From: Bacteroidota bacterium
GTDB lineage: Bacteria > Bacteroidota > Bacteroidia > NS11-12g > UBA955
DNA length: 64,000 nucleotides
Assembly: GCA_025354385.1 (NCBI GenBank)
Contig: JANXMZ010000026.1
Span: 3,400-67,399 of the forward strand
Direction of reading: 5' to 3'
In this document: one piece after another, positions 18,826 through 30,400 of the stretch
Layout of the letters: each line of letters opens with the position of its first letter
Numbering within the stretch: position 1 is the stretch's first letter
The notes under the pieces: generated by a model
Seen by the model: the letters and a program-made list of their open reading frames with translations, nothing else
The model's database searches: none
What the model was told of the DNA's origin: nothing
Position numbers and translations under genes: made by a program

Positions 18826-19887
18826 TTAATTCACAACAGAATTGCGTCTTGGGCTCACCTTGCTGTATAAAATTTCTATTAAATCTCCTGCCTTATAAGT
18901 GTGCTTACTATTATTATAATGCCAATAGCCTCTGTAAATTTTGTAATCAACGATATACCGATACCTTATCCAGCTCGTGTGCGGATCAAAATAATAATCA
19001 GACTTATACTCGATGTAGGCCTCCGTTTTTCTCGGTAAATCCTCTTCCAAAATAATCCTATTATTTGGATCAATAACGCATCGCTCTGGATTCAAACTAT
19101 CATAAACTATCTGGCATTTCTCTTTAAGAAAAGGAGAATAAGATCCAGTGCCTATATTTTTATAATAACTTGTACCATTCACAACATAGCCATATAAATA
19201 ACAGGATTCGTTCCTGTAATATTTTCCCAAATAAGTGGCTATAGAAATAACAGGATGTTTTATTGACACTGGGCTGTATTGACTTTGAATTGGCTGGGCT
19301 ATATTTAAAATATTTCGTCTAGGATTAGACGCAAGATATCTAATTTCCATCGTATCATCTACCTGAATAGAATTATATAACCCACTATCATTTTCGATTA
19401 AATATTGACCAACAAAAGTTGTGTCAGCCAACTGAAATGAATAATACAAATAACCATGCTGAGTTCTCTTAACATAATCTTTTTTATTGACAATTCCCTT
19501 TGTAATATGTGAGGAATCTGAAGAATTAAAAAACTTAGAATATTGCAAAAGCACTCTGCTACTTGGATTTATACTATCGTATACAAACCAACATTTTTCA
19601 CCGACAATATTGTAAATAGATACTGCATCGGCAGCATATTTCATTAATTTACCATTGATCGAGTATTGATAGTAATAGTAAGTTGACCCATGGTAAGAAT
19701 TCGAACCCATCAATGAAGTCAAAATTAGCAAACCCAATGGCGGTGAAACATACTCATGGCCTACATAAGTTGCTTCAATCATTTTAGGCACCTGCATTCT
19801 AACAGGCCCATATGGATTGGATTTACAAGCTTGAAGTACAACAAAAGCAATAATAGCAATATTCCCTATAACCTTACTGATTGACAT
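18826..19887 (-). CDS. hypothetical lipoprotein with four DUF3592-like repeat modules
   Basis: Lipobox VVLQAC. The repeated endings are CWFVYDSINPSSRVLL, MEIRYLASNPRRNILN, CQIVYDSLNPERCVIDP and IEILYSKVSPRRNSVV. Confidence 0.55.
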   Translation of the reverse strand: MSISKVIGNIAIIAFVVLQACKSNPYGPVRMQVPKMIEATYVGHEYVSPPLGLLILTSLMGSNSYHGSTYYYYQYSINGKLMKYAADAVSIYNIVGEKCWFVYDSINPSSRVLLQYSKFFNSSDSSHITKGIVNKKDYVKRTQHGYLYYSFQLADTTFVGQYLIENDSGLYNSIQVDDTMEIRYLASNPRRNILNIAQPIQSQYSPVSIKHPVISIATYLGKYYRNESCYLYGYVVNGTSYYKNIGTGSYSPFLKEKCQIVYDSLNPERCVIDPNNRIILEEDLPRKTEAYIEYKSDYYFDPHTSWIRYRYIVDYKIYRGYWHYNNSKHTYKAGDLIEILYSKVSPRRNSVVN

Positions 19888-20005
19888 AAAAATTGCTTCA
19901 TAACACTTAGAATTATTTTTTATAGTTACTCAAACAAAGATAGAACAGAAGTATCAATTTTGCATAGATTCCAATCAACCTAAAATCTATTAACTTTGCA
20001 CCAGC

Positions 20006-20572
20006 ATGCAAATCATTAAACAACATTTCGAAGAAGCACAAAGGGTTTTAAGTACCTTTTTGGCAAATGAAAATAATTTTCTCACAATAGAGAGATCTGC
20101 TGCTGCCATGGTAGAAAGCATAAGAAATGGTGGTAAAATATTAAGTTGTGGCAATGGCGGTAGTATGTGCGATGCTATGCACTTTGCCGAAGAGTTAACC
20201 GGTCGCTACAGAAATGATAGACCAGCAATGCCTGCCATTTCAATTTCGGATGCAAGCCACATGAGTTGTGTGGGCAACGATTATGGCTATGAATTTATAT
20301 TCTCGCGTTATATAGAGGCCCTTGGTCGTAAAGGAGATGTACTATTAGCCATCAGCACCAGCGGCAACTCAAAAAATATTATAAGAGGCATTGAAGCGGC
20401 CAAAGAAAAAGGCATGGTCATTATTGGCCTTACTGGAAAGGATGGAGGTGCTATGGCAGAACTTTGCGATCTTGAAATACGTGCTCCCTATTCGGAATTT
20501 GCCGATCGTGCCCAAGAGATTCACATTAAAGTGATTCATAGTATTATAGATTGTATTGAAAGAAATTATTAA
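20006..20572 (+). CDS. gmhA: SIS-domain D-sedoheptulose-7-phosphate isomerase
   Basis: [18 protein letters not shown]... and ISTSGNS motifs; 188 aa. Confidence 0.85.
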   Translation: MQIIKQHFEEAQRVLSTFLANENNFLTIERSAAAMVESIRNGGKILSCGNGGSMCDAMHFAEELTGRYRNDRPAMPAISISDASHMSCVGNDYGYEFIFSRYIEALGRKGDVLLAISTSGNSKNIIRGIEAAKEKGMVIIGLTGKDGGAMAELCDLEIRAPYSEFADRAQEIHIKVIHSIIDCIERNY

Positions 20573-23103
20573 AATTTTCCAGCGACTACACAACTAAGTT
20601 TCTCTCTTATTTTACTGCCATCCGGATGGGTGCACTCAATATGCAAAACATATAAGCCTATGGCCGCTTTCTGCTGATTATAATCCGTTCCATTCCAACT
20701 TAAAAATCCATTGGTTCCCAATGTTTCATTATTTATCCATTGACGAACCAATCTGCCTTCCAAATCATAAATCTGAATAGTAGTAGCGTAATCTTGTTTA
20801 GGCAATTGATAATTCAAAATTAATACATCTTCAAAACCATCATCATCTGGCGAAACAGTTTTATTCTGTAATGAAAAATACTGAGCAGGTGCGCTTAATG
20901 GATTGCTTTGCGAATTCAAATATCCCGGAGTTGCAAATCCTACAACAGAAGCAGCACTGTGCCAGTTATCCATTAAGCGAGGTGATGAAGTAAAATTAAT
21001 GCGCTCCAAACTTACACCCTCCTTATCACTTAGTAGCGGAAAATGCCAGCCTTCTGAATATTTCAAACTATCTACTATTTTTCCAATCATATTTACTATG
21101 AGTAAATTGCCCTCATCATCAGGCAAAGCAGGCATCTTGGCGAAATCAACCAACTTGGCATCAGCATTTTTACATTGATAATTTGAACATATTTTTGCTG
21201 TATTTTCACTCAATAACAAATACTGATTTGCTTGGAGAATGAGTTGAGTATTGCAAATTCTATCGATGCTTTTATATTGATTGGTTTCGTCTAACACTGC
21301 TATAAAATGTTTGCTTAAATCAAATGCTTTATTGCTATTATTATACAACTCAATAAAATCATATCCCCCACTTTTAGGATTAAATAATATTTCATTTATA
21401 ATTAATTCATTGCGCCTACTTAATGATGGCCATTGTAATGTAGATATATTGGCCCTGCAACCGTTGCCCGCACAATCCTTAATACCATCAATTGCAAGTT
21501 TATATACACTATCCGAATCGGGAATAAACTGGATAAGGCAAAAAAGTCCTTTATAATCACTTGCCATATTAACAAAGGAGGTTTGCTGAACTTGCCCGTT
21601 TTTGTAGAGCTTAAATTGACTTGAATTGATGCTGTCTATTTCTTCATTAAAAACCAATTCAATTATAGAATCATTGAATGGTAAAATTGATACAAGCCTT
21701 GGTGCCGCAGTATCTGATAGATGATATGCACCTACTGAATTGGGTTGCCCTGGCGTACCACCTGCCTTATCCATACTGGCTCCCCAATTGTTAGCACCTG
21801 CACACAAATTATCCATATTAATCATTTCCAAACTCCAACCTCCATTTTTCTTTTTATCATCCTTAAACCAAGTTAAATCATAGTTAATATCGTGTATAAT
21901 ATCCCCCTTTTGATTGGTAAGCCATAAATGATCCCCGGCATTATTGAGCGAAGGAATGGCATACATAACGATAATTGAATCCGGCGGTAGAATCATATTG
22001 GGAAGATTTTTTCCGCCAGAAGGATCGTGAAGAACACAACTGTTCAATTGAATAAAACCTCCAGAATGATTGGTAATTTCTATGTATTCCTTATCTGGTA
22101 AACCCACCACAGGATTTGGATCTGGCATTAATTCTGTAATCAATAATTGATGAAACTTGGCTGTATCTGGTCTTGAGTAATAGAACGTTTTTGAAACTGG
22201 TTTTATCATGTTTCCAGCGGTATCTTTTATCCCAGTAACCATTAAGCTCAAGAAGGTATTCGTTTTAAAATTATCTTTAAAAATTAACTGCACTCTTTTG
22301 GTATCCAATATCAAAACAGTTATTGGATGAATGCTATTTAAAATCTCAAAATGCATTGCATCCTTTAAACTAATACTGTCGCAAATTTCATTAAAAACAC
22401 AAAGTAATTGTTGGGGTCCACTTATTACCAAGCTATCGAGCACTGGTGCAATGGTATCATTCAAAATAGGACCCGCATAAAGATTATCAAAAAAATGTTT
22501 ATTAAAGAAAGAAGCAGTGCTTTGTTTAATTCTAATGCCCAAATTATTGGATTGTAAAATATCAGAATCTGCGGTAACACCTTCTGTAATTAAAGCACTG
22601 GTTGCATTCATTTTTCTTTGCAAAACAAACAACCCATTTGGAAGATGTTTAACAATAAGTTGCCATTGATTATTGCTGTTATTTAAAACATTGTCAGTGC
22701 CATCAATCAGCTTAGTTTCAATGCCATTCTTAGTTTTATAGAATGAAATTTCATCGGTGGCTCCACCCATTCTCACAAAATAGCCATTCTTCATTTTTAA
22801 GACATCCGAAGAATCCGAAACAATTACAAAATCAATATAATTAAGCGAAGAGGTATTAAACAACAAACGGGTGTTGAGTCTCCATTCGCAATTTTTAAGA
22901 TGTTGCGATTTTGTAGAAATAGAATAGGTGACGTTTGCAAGAGAAGAATTACTCCTTAATTCTCCATTGGAAGTTGCAAAACTACTAAGTTGCCCAACCC
23001 ATGGTGGCAAACTAGTTAAATCGGAATCGTTAAAATTATCTGTAACCTGAGAATAACAGGTGTGAGAAAGCCATAAGAATAGCAGTATAAGATGTGTTTT
23101 CAT
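20569..23103 (-). CDS. large secreted lamin-tail-domain (LTD) protein with FlgD-Ig-like C-terminal beta-sandwich
   Basis: Signal peptide. Two LTD cores ([25 protein letters not shown]; [22 protein letters not shown]). C-terminus [10 protein letters not shown]...[14 protein letters not shown]...SWNGTD...GLYVLHIE. Confidence 0.75.
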   Translation of the reverse strand: MKTHLILLFLWLSHTCYSQVTDNFNDSDLTSLPPWVGQLSSFATSNGELRSNSSLANVTYSISTKSQHLKNCEWRLNTRLLFNTSSLNYIDFVIVSDSSDVLKMKNGYFVRMGGATDEISFYKTKNGIETKLIDGTDNVLNNSNNQWQLIVKHLPNGLFVLQRKMNATSALITEGVTADSDILQSNNLGIRIKQSTASFFNKHFFDNLYAGPILNDTIAPVLDSLVISGPQQLLCVFNEICDSISLKDAMHFEILNSIHPITVLILDTKRVQLIFKDNFKTNTFLSLMVTGIKDTAGNMIKPVSKTFYYSRPDTAKFHQLLITELMPDPNPVVGLPDKEYIEITNHSGGFIQLNSCVLHDPSGGKNLPNMILPPDSIIVMYAIPSLNNAGDHLWLTNQKGDIIHDINYDLTWFKDDKKKNGGWSLEMINMDNLCAGANNWGASMDKAGGTPGQPNSVGAYHLSDTAAPRLVSILPFNDSIIELVFNEEIDSINSSQFKLYKNGQVQQTSFVNMASDYKGLFCLIQFIPDSDSVYKLAIDGIKDCAGNGCRANISTLQWPSLSRRNELIINEILFNPKSGGYDFIELYNNSNKAFDLSKHFIAVLDETNQYKSIDRICNTQLILQANQYLLLSENTAKICSNYQCKNADAKLVDFAKMPALPDDEGNLLIVNMIGKIVDSLKYSEGWHFPLLSDKEGVSLERINFTSSPRLMDNWHSAASVVGFATPGYLNSQSNPLSAPAQYFSLQNKTVSPDDDGFEDVLILNYQLPKQDYATTIQIYDLEGRLVRQWINNETLGTNGFLSWNGTDYNQQKAAIGLYVLHIECTHPDGSKIREKLSCVVAGKF

Positions 23104-23195
23104 GCAGTGTCATTTTAGTTTTGTAAATGAAACCTACCATTAATAAGAACAAATTTTGCCGTTTTAACTCAAAATTTGATGTGCCTTTAAAGTTT

Positions 23196-23783
23196 TTATT
23201 GTTCTATTTTTTTAATAATTTTTTTAAGATTTTCCGACTTTAAAGGCTCCCTATCTTTGATATTAGTTTCTGTAAAATAATGGTGAGATGTTAGGAATTT
23301 TATCTGCAATTTATTCCAAGATAATTCATCCTTAACAACGCCAATATGCAGCAATTCCTCATATAAGTAATCGCCAATGACGAAAAAATCATCTCTTCCT
23401 AAATAGTCCAAATCAGCATCACAAATAATTTTTTCCAATTGAGTTTTGGGTTTCTGCGGCACTTTTGTTGCCATTATCAAACCCTCAATAATACTGATTT
23501 GTTTATCACTGTAACCATACTGAGGTAGTACTTCTCTTGCTATTTCGCATCCTCTTTCTTCATGATTGGTGTAGGTAGATAAAAAACCGCAATCGTGATA
23601 AATGGCGGCCGTTTCCAACAAATTTAATTCTTCCTGATTATCAATACCCTCGCTTCTTGCTATTCTCATGGCCTGCACCTTAACATCTCTGATATGCGAA
23701 ACAGAGTGATACAGCAGGTATTCAGGCAAATCTGCCTTTAATTTTTCTAATATATGACTTACGGCACTTTTTACTTGCATCAA
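23196..23783 (-). CDS. HD-domain metal-dependent phosphohydrolase
   Basis: H...HD...D pattern (SHIRDV, AAIYHDCGF, CDADLDYLGRDDF). Lies 8 nt downstream of the cyclase gene. Confidence 0.85.
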   Translation of the reverse strand: MMQVKSAVSHILEKLKADLPEYLLYHSVSHIRDVKVQAMRIARSEGIDNQEELNLLETAAIYHDCGFLSTYTNHEERGCEIAREVLPQYGYSDKQISIIEGLIMATKVPQKPKTQLEKIICDADLDYLGRDDFFVIGDYLYEELLHIGVVKDELSWNKLQIKFLTSHHYFTETNIKDREPLKSENLKKIIKKIEQ

Positions 23784-23791
23784 AATATATC

Positions 23792-25303
23792 TTAAAGTTC
23801 AAAAATACGATTTAAATAATACATATCAATCTCACCCTTATTTTTGGCCTCTACTTTTCCACGATAGGTGTATTCTACTTTTGTAAGAACCTCTTTAAAA
23901 GTACTTCCTGATAGATTAATTTTACCTGGTTCACAATTTTGTTCCATCCTTGCAGCAGTATTAACCGTGTCGCCCCATATATCGAAAGCAAATTTTTTAG
24001 CCCCTACAATACCAGCTACCAAAGGACCTGTATGAATTCCAATACGAATATCAAAAAACGGTTGATTTTCTTTTCTCTTTTCTTCTATCAAATCTTTTAT
24101 AAAATCTTGGATTTCAGAAGCCGCCTTTAAAACATTCATTGGATTATGGGTGGCAGTATCTGGTAAACCGCTTACGCATAAATATGCATCGCCAATGGTT
24201 TTAATTTTCTCGAGCTCATTTCTCTCCATAATATCATCAAATGCTCGGAAAATAAAGTCAATATCCTCTACTAATTTTTTAGGAGTTACCTGTTCACTTA
24301 TTTTGGTAAAATCTTTAAAATCGGTAAACATAACTGTTACCTTATCAAAGTATCGAGACTCGTATTTTCCAGTCTTCTTGAGCTCATCGGCTACTTCTGA
24401 AGGCAAAATATTTAACAGTAAATCATCACTTCTTTTTTTCTCAACCTCTATCTCACCATTTTTTTGCATCAACAAATCTTGAATGTTTTTCTTAACCGTA
24501 TACATTCTGTAGAAAAAGGCCGCCAATACAATAAAACCACTAATGCCTAAAATCAACAAATAACTTATTAATCTCTGTTTCTCCACTTCGTTATTGGCCA
24601 ATTCCTCATTGTTCCTTGTTATCTGCAATGAGTCTTCGTATACTTTTGCTTGAAGCTTCTGGGTCTCCAATTCCTGTAAGGTCATAGATAACTGACTACT
24701 AGTTGAATTAATTGTTTGCGCCTGTAAATTAATGGTCTGTTTCTTGTTCTCGATCTCCAATTGTTTTCTGGCAATTTCAAGTTTTCTTCTCTCCAATTCG
24801 GACTTACTAAGGGTCTTATCATTTTCGAGATTTTCTATCTCATCCATCCTTTTCTTTAACTCCTGCTGTTCCTTTTCCAATTGATTTTGTTGCTCCTTTA
24901 TAACGCGCTCCTTCTCAATTTTTTCAAGGCGTTCTTTTTCATCTCTTTCGTAATTTATTTCCTCTAATTTCGATTGAGATTTAATAGCCTTTAATTTATA
25001 TTTTGCAGAAAGCATTGGTTTTCCAGCATCTCTGTATAAAATTTCTAGAGCCTTATAAGATTTGTATTTGCCGTATTCGTAATTGGATTTTTCTGCTAAA
25101 CTAACAGCGGTTAAAACAGTTTCAACAGCTTTTTGATAATCTCGTTTCTCTTCAAAAGCCTTGGCCTCGGTCAGCAATTTATTGATTTTTGCAGAATCCT
25201 CAACACTCAGGGTGGTGACATTTCCTAAAACCTTTGCATTTGCATTATTGGGATGCCAAAGCAATAAGCATCCTAAGAATAAGCAGATTTTTAAAACTTT
25301 CAT
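23792..25303 (-). CDS. membrane-anchored class III adenylate/guanylate cyclase with periplasmic TPR/coiled-coil region
   Basis: Signal peptide, TPR-like region, long E/K coiled coil and TM helix (LISYLLILGISGFIVLAAFFY). Cyclase core: VTVMFTDFKDF...IKTIGDAYLCVSGLP...GIHTGPLVAGIVG...DIWGDTVNTAARME. Confidence 0.9.
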   Translation of the reverse strand: MKVLKICLFLGCLLLWHPNNANAKVLGNVTTLSVEDSAKINKLLTEAKAFEEKRDYQKAVETVLTAVSLAEKSNYEYGKYKSYKALEILYRDAGKPMLSAKYKLKAIKSQSKLEEINYERDEKERLEKIEKERVIKEQQNQLEKEQQELKKRMDEIENLENDKTLSKSELERRKLEIARKQLEIENKKQTINLQAQTINSTSSQLSMTLQELETQKLQAKVYEDSLQITRNNEELANNEVEKQRLISYLLILGISGFIVLAAFFYRMYTVKKNIQDLLMQKNGEIEVEKKRSDDLLLNILPSEVADELKKTGKYESRYFDKVTVMFTDFKDFTKISEQVTPKKLVEDIDFIFRAFDDIMERNELEKIKTIGDAYLCVSGLPDTATHNPMNVLKAASEIQDFIKDLIEEKRKENQPFFDIRIGIHTGPLVAGIVGAKKFAFDIWGDTVNTAARMEQNCEPGKINLSGSTFKEVLTKVEYTYRGKVEAKNKGEIDMYYLNRIFEL

Positions 25304-25437
25304 TTCTATTGTTTTGATTAGCGACTTTTAAAACAGGGATGTAAAAGAAGTAAATTTTAACCTAAAAACAAAATATTCTTCCTTAAAGCTTAACTTTAGT
25401 TCACGAAAATTAGACAAAAAAGTGGCCGTTACGGCTA

Positions 25438-27279
25438 TTAAGCCAACTGTAAGTTGTTTAGATGGCGGTAAATACCAGCCTCTTGCTGAATCAAATGCTG
25501 GTGTTTGCCCTGTTCTGCAATAATACCCTTATCAATAACAATAATATTATCTGCATTGCGTATGGTGCTTAAACGATGTGCAATAACAATACTGGTGCGA
25601 TTCTGCATTAAATCTTCTAAAGCTTCTTGTACCAATAATTCACTCTCACTATCCAACGCGCTTGTGGCCTCATCTAATACCAAAATAACTGGATTCTTAA
25701 GAATGGCCCGCGCTATGGCAATGCGTTGCTTTTGTCCACCCGATAATTGAATACCTCTTTCTCCAACTATGGTCTCAAATCTATCTGGAAACGATTCTAT
25801 AAATTGTAAAGCATTGGCTCTTTTAGCAGCTTGCACCACATCTTCCTTACTAGCACTAGGCATGCCATATAAAATATTTTCGTAAATAGAGCCTCCAAAC
25901 AAAATTACATCCTGCGGTACATAGGCAATCTGACTTCTTAAATATTTTAAATCGTATTCATTGGCATCCTTACCATCAATTAAAATTTGGCCTTTATCAG
26001 GCTGATAAAATTTAAGTATCAATGCCGCTATGGTACTTTTACCACCCCCACTGCTGCCAACTATGGCTATTTGTTCCCCTTGTTTTACAACAAAATTAAT
26101 GTCTTTCAAAACTTGTACTTCCGCTCTGCTAGGATAACTGAAAGCAACATTAGAGAAAATAATATTGCCACTAAGCCTAGAAAGTGTCTGATCCAATTCT
26201 CCATTAATCGCTTCGCCATCCATCGCCATTAACTCTCGCACGCGTTGGGTTGAACCAATGGTTTTTTGCAATTGACCGAACATATCTGCAAACCCCCCCA
26301 AGGTGCCTCCAACAAAAATACTGTAAATTACAAAACTAATAAGCAATCCTATTTCCATGGTACCGGCTTGCACCATTCCCGCACCATACCATACCACAAA
26401 ACCAATGGCACCAAATACAGAAAAGATGATAAAGGATATAAAAAACCCTCTGTAAACACCACTTCTGAGTGCAAACTCAATTAAACTATCTATATTTTTT
26501 GCATAGCGCTTACGCTCTATAGATTCGCCAGTAAAGGCTTTTACAACACTTATGCCTTGCAATGTTTCCTGCACCACATTGCTACTTTCAGCCAACATAT
26601 CTGTTTCTCTTCTACTCATTTTTTTTATTTTAGCCCCAAAAAAAACAGCACTAATAGCGATTAACGGAACTATGGAAAGCATAATGAGCGCTAACTTCCA
26701 TGATATAATAAATATAAAACTCAACCCTATAATTAGGGTTAATAAACCTCTTAAAAATTCGGCCAATACAAATGAAATGGTGTCCTGTATTTGTCCTGTA
26801 TCCGAAGAAATACGACTGCTTAAATCGCCTACACGCTGACTACTGAAAAAAGACATGGGCAGTGAAATAATTTTACTGTACAATTGTTTGCGCAAATCTG
26901 CTGTAGCACTGGTACCTGCCTTGGTTAACAAGTATACACGCATAAATGAAAAAACGGTTTGTACAGATAATTGAATAAATATTAATAGCAAAACAAAATT
27001 CAAAGACCAATGTGCTTGTAACAACCCACTACTAGAAGCCAAACTTCCCATACCAGGCATGGCTGCACTTGCCTTCGCACCACTCACAGCATCTATCATT
27101 TTTCCCATTAAAAATGGAAAAGCCATGGTACTAAATGCAGAGAGTGAAATAAAAATTAATCCTCCATAGAAATATTTTCTGTGGGGCTTTAAATATTTGA
27201 AAAGAAATTTGAATTCAGTGAGTGAATCTTTGGTAATTTTTACCTTAGGTAAATCGCGGTCTTGCCTTGGTCCGGCCAT
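25438..27279 (-). CDS. ABC transporter permease/ATPase (MsbA-like half transporter)
   Basis: 6-TM domain followed by canonical GSSGGGKST, LSGGQKQR, ILVLDEATSALD and IVIAHRLST motifs. Confidence 0.92.
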   Translation of the reverse strand: MAGPRQDRDLPKVKITKDSLTEFKFLFKYLKPHRKYFYGGLIFISLSAFSTMAFPFLMGKMIDAVSGAKASAAMPGMGSLASSSGLLQAHWSLNFVLLLIFIQLSVQTVFSFMRVYLLTKAGTSATADLRKQLYSKIISLPMSFFSSQRVGDLSSRISSDTGQIQDTISFVLAEFLRGLLTLIIGLSFIFIISWKLALIMLSIVPLIAISAVFFGAKIKKMSRRETDMLAESSNVVQETLQGISVVKAFTGESIERKRYAKNIDSLIEFALRSGVYRGFFISFIIFSVFGAIGFVVWYGAGMVQAGTMEIGLLISFVIYSIFVGGTLGGFADMFGQLQKTIGSTQRVRELMAMDGEAINGELDQTLSRLSGNIIFSNVAFSYPSRAEVQVLKDINFVVKQGEQIAIVGSSGGGKSTIAALILKFYQPDKGQILIDGKDANEYDLKYLRSQIAYVPQDVILFGGSIYENILYGMPSASKEDVVQAAKRANALQFIESFPDRFETIVGERGIQLSGGQKQRIAIARAILKNPVILVLDEATSALDSESELLVQEALEDLMQNRTSIVIAHRLSTIRNADNIIVIDKGIIAEQGKHQHLIQQEAGIYRHLNNLQLA

Positions 27280-27437
27280 TGTAATATATTTAAGTTGCGA
27301 AAATAACCAATTGCAACAAGTTAATCTTATATTTTTAATCTATTAGATGGATGCATGCCATTTATCGTTTAGTGTGAAATGATATTACGACAATATTTAT
27401 TGCTAAAATTATCCTCTTAATTTCTTATTTTTGAAAA

Positions 27438-30400
27438 GTGAGATTTCTGTTGTCTATTTTTTTCTTTTACGCTGCCTACAGTTTGTTAGGACAAGGCATT
27501 TATACAGATTTTGGTCAAAATAGAATACAAAAAAAACAAGTTACCTACAGCTTAAGACAAGATAATATTGAAATTATTTATTCGGAAGGTGGTGAGGAAT
27601 TGGCCAAATTGGTTTTTGGATATGTGATACAACAATTACCCGAATTTGAAACCCGCTTAAATTACAATGTGAGCAATGGCGTTAAAATTGTTCTTTTCAA
27701 TCATTTTATAGATTATCAAAACAGCAACATTAATTTAACCAACCCCCAACAATATGCCGGTGGTTATTCTAATTTAAACGACAATACCAGCAGCATTTAT
27801 TTCTCGGGTAGTAGAATAGATTTATACAAACAAACCCGCAGAGCTTTGGCAGAAATATTAATCAGTGAATTTATTTTCGGTGGAGATATTCGGGATAGAA
27901 TAAAAGCATCTGCCTTGCTCACACTTCCCAATTGGTACTACAAAGGTTTGGTATCTTATTTGGCAGAAAGTTGGAGCATAGAGAATGATAATTATCTAAA
28001 AGATTTTTTGTTAAGTGGTAAATCGCATTCATTTACAAGTTTGCAGGAGGAGGATGAGGTGTTGGCAGGCCATAGCATTTGGCGTTATATCGAAGAAAAA
28101 TTTGGACCCGGTTCTGTCAGCAATGTTGTATTTATTACCCGCATTGGCAATAGTGTTGAGAGCGGTTTTAATTACCATACAGGCCTTACCATTAACGGCA
28201 TGTTGAATGATTGGGAGCAATACTATAAAGATAAGTACAGTTTAGATGAAAGTATCTTTAAACTCCCCAAAGGACAAGAAAATGTGCCTGACAAATTGGT
28301 TAAAAAAAGAATCACTCAATTTAAATTAAGCCCAGATGGAAAAAAGATTGCCATTGTTACCAATACCAAAGGAAGGTACCAAGTGGTATTGTACAATATT
28401 AAAAGTAAAAAAACGGTGATTTTAATGAAGGGCGGTCATCAGATTCTGAACCAAGAAGCCTCTTACGATTACCCTTTAATTGCTTGGGACAATAGCGGCA
28501 AAAAAATTAGCATCATTACTTTTAATAACAATGTTTCATCGCTTACAGAATACAATACCGATGGCAAAAAAACAAAAACCATGGTGTTGGACAATGTGCC
28601 CATCATAAAAGATTTTAATTACAATTCCGAAGGTGATCAGATGGTCATGTCGGTCATACGCAGAGGACAGTCGGATATTATTATTTACCATATAAAAGAA
28701 AAAATAATTTCGGATATTACCAATGATATTTTTGATGATTTAAACCCTCGTTTTTCATTAGATGGTACTTCTATTTTCTTCTCCTCGAACAGAGAATGGC
28801 CCCACAATCAATTAAGCGATTACTATTCTATTTTCGAAGCCCGACTTAGTTCACTAGAAATAAACCAAATTGCAGGATATCCTGAGTTCTTTTGTAATTA
28901 TTACCAACCCATAGAATTGCAAAATGGGTACATTAGTTTTCTGAGCGATGCCAATGGTATTGTAAATAATTACACGATAAAAAAAGGTGATAACGAAATA
29001 ATTCAACTTACCAATTACAAGCGCTCTATTCTTTATAACGATGTGGCGGCCGAAACGCGACAAATTGCAGATTTGCTGTTTTACAAGAACCGTTACAGAA
29101 TTTATGTAGGCGAAATTTCGGATAATTTAAAAGATGAGCAGGTAGAAAATCCCCGCAATACCGCTTACCGAAATTGGATGACGGACAATAAGGTCAAATT
29201 AAAACGCGCAGCTGATACCGCCAAGCAAGTTAAAGACAGCATTCGCAAAAAAATACAAAATGACACAGTTACTGCTGCACCAAAGAAAATATTTATCAGT
29301 GGATTTTCTGAAAAAGATGAAATACAAAATTCCACTTCTATTAACGAAAAAATTTCTTCTATCAGCATCCAACAAACGAAACTCAATTTTGGCGTCAATT
29401 ATTTTTTGCAACAAATAGACAATTCTTTTCTTAACAATTATTTGTTCCCATCCAATGTAAGCGAGCGTGTATTCAATTACCCCTTGTTTAATCCATTATT
29501 ATCTGCAAAAATTACAGATAATTTAAACAATATTCAAATTGAGGCAGGGGCGCGCATACCAATTAATATTAAGGCTTCCGATTATTTTATAAAATACAGC
29601 AATCTAAAAGGGCGCTGGGATAAATCATTTATTGCCCATCGCAGAGGGCGCGTTTTAGACATAGAAAACACCTACCAAAGAATGGTAAGTGAGGTTGCCA
29701 AATTTACCATTTCATATCCATTTAGCGAGCGTTCTAAAATAAATTTTAACGTAGGTTTAAGGCAAGATAGATTAATTACTTTGGCCATAGATTCTGTAAC
29801 CAATGCCGAAGCCACAAGAGGCTATATTTATAACACAGGCGGTATTGAGTATGTATACGACAATATTCGCAGCAAAGGCTTAAATTTATTCGAAGGTTTA
29901 AGGTTTAAAATTTACAACGATAATTACATAGGTAGTAATAAAAAAGCATTGGTTATTAATACTGGTTTTGATGGGCGTTATTATCTAAAACTGCATCGCC
30001 AAATTTATTTTGCATCGCGCCTGAGTGGTGCATTTTCCATTGGTCCTCAAAAAACTGCGTATTATTTGGGTGGAGTAGAGAATGAGATAGGCTACGCCAA
30101 ATCGACCTCCAATTTTAATTATAATATTCCTACTCTAACAAGTTCCGAGTATTGTTTTCAAACCTTGGCAGCCCCTATGCGTGGCTTTTTGCGCAATACC
30201 CGGGGTGGTAGCAATTTTATGGTTATGAATGCCGAATTGCGTGTGCCCTTGTTAACATATTTAATACAAAAACCCATTACCAGTGAGTTTTTTAAAAGCA
30301 TTATGTTGGTAGGTTTTATCGATATGGGCACTGCTTGGCAGGGCACTTCGCCTTACGACCCCAGCAATCCTTTTAATACACGCATAGTGCAAACCCCCTC

